A DNA stretch of 63,676 nucleotides, counting the filler, from Asterionella formosa (Eukaryota): NCBI GenBank assembly GCA_002256025.1. It is 25 parts of 25 records of this genome, joined end to end, with 100 filler letters (N's around TTAATTAATTAA, not from the genome) between each part and the next. Parts side by side here need not be neighbours in the genome. Positions count along the whole stretch, not along the records: positions 61,234 to 63,676 come from NKIB01015262.1; 24 more parts are not named here. The stretch is one strand, 5' to 3'. Positions 62,924-63,676 of this stretch are shown in pieces; the first letter of the stretch is position 1, and each line of letters opens with the position of its first letter. The position numbers and the translations under genes are program-made. Under the pieces are notes generated by a model. It was given only the letters and a program-made list of their open reading frames with translations, had not been told where the DNA came from and ran no database searches.

Positions 62924-63676
62924 ATGTCCAGGCAATATATCTACACTCAAATGGACAACAATCATAATCGCAAGCAAAGCAGTCGCCGCACGCCAGCAAT
63001 TCCTAGACGTTCTACCCGGCTTCAATCTGATGGTTCTAAACACATCATGGTCCCTCCTACCGGTCCAATGCCTCACTTATTTCGTGGATCTCCTGCTCAA
63101 CTTAATGATCTCTGTGCTGAATTGGGGTCCCCTCATCATGTACCTCTCCCAGACTCTCCTCAGGAGGGATCATATCCAACCAACCTCTCCATCAACTCTG
63201 ATCCTGGACATCTCACTGCTGTTCACCCTGCTTTCTGTCACATTACTACCCGCCCTGGTCGCCGCAGTTATCATCGACAATCTCTTCAAGACCTATTCCT
63301 ACCTATCTCAATGGTTCCTTCTGCTCCAGGCCAATCATCCACCTATTACACTGGTGCTATCTCTCATACCTCCTTTGTTGATGAAAGTCCCTCCATCCAC
63401 AGTGCCCCTGCTATGGGGCATGCACACTTTCGTCATGGTAAAGGTTCAAGTCATAGAACAACTCTTCCTTCAGGTACTCAGGGCCTCAGTCAAACTGAAC
63501 TTGATTCCCTTCCTTTGGAAGCTATTGCTGACGATTACCTTCGACGGCAAAACAAGTGAAATCACAAAGTCCTATGTCCTGTCCCTGCTCCAGATCAAGA
63601 CCCTGATGATGATGATTCTTCCAACAGCGATGAAGAATCACAGCATATTCCTACTGCTCCCTCCGCTTCCTATAAC
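62924..63676 (+). pseudogene. Pro/Ser/His-rich ORF with one in-frame TGA; possibly the 5' end of a retrotransposon gag
   Basis: 211 codons to TGA at 63557-63559, after which the frame stays open to the window end. No diagnostic domain. Confidence 0.3.

Overview
This window is not a contiguous locus. It is 25 unrelated small contigs (about 2.46 down to 2.44 kb, essentially in descending length order) joined by artificial 100-nt spacers (N44-TTAATTAATTAA-N44), so adjacency across spacers means nothing. The content is eukaryotic, with GT-AG introns. It is most likely a diatom or other photosynthetic stramenopile: PGRL1 with a diatom-type transit-peptide remnant, myosin-XXIX-like CBS repeats, diatom-type LRR membrane proteins and CoDi-like Copia elements. 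Host genes, mostly truncated by contig ends: multi-CBS protein, ARM-repeat protein, two LRR membrane proteins, CBP/p300-like protein, trypsin with a Pro/Thr tail, SERGT1/HPAT-like glycosyltransferase and a complete 3-exon class-III aminotransferase. The rest is transposon-rich: four Copia pieces, a Gypsy relic, a LINE 3' end next to (CCCTAA)3, an open Plavaka/CMC-like transposase ORF, PIF/Harbinger-type elements and several MITE families. Most notable: (1) a multicopy repeat element carrying captured PGRL1 with variable extra cargo; (2) TA to TACCGGTA/TACCWGGTA insertion polymorphisms that look like excision footprints of a TA-targeting transposon whose MITEs are also present; (3) a LINE beside telomeric repeats; (4) a Harbinger-type family with non-canonical CATCTAAG termini.
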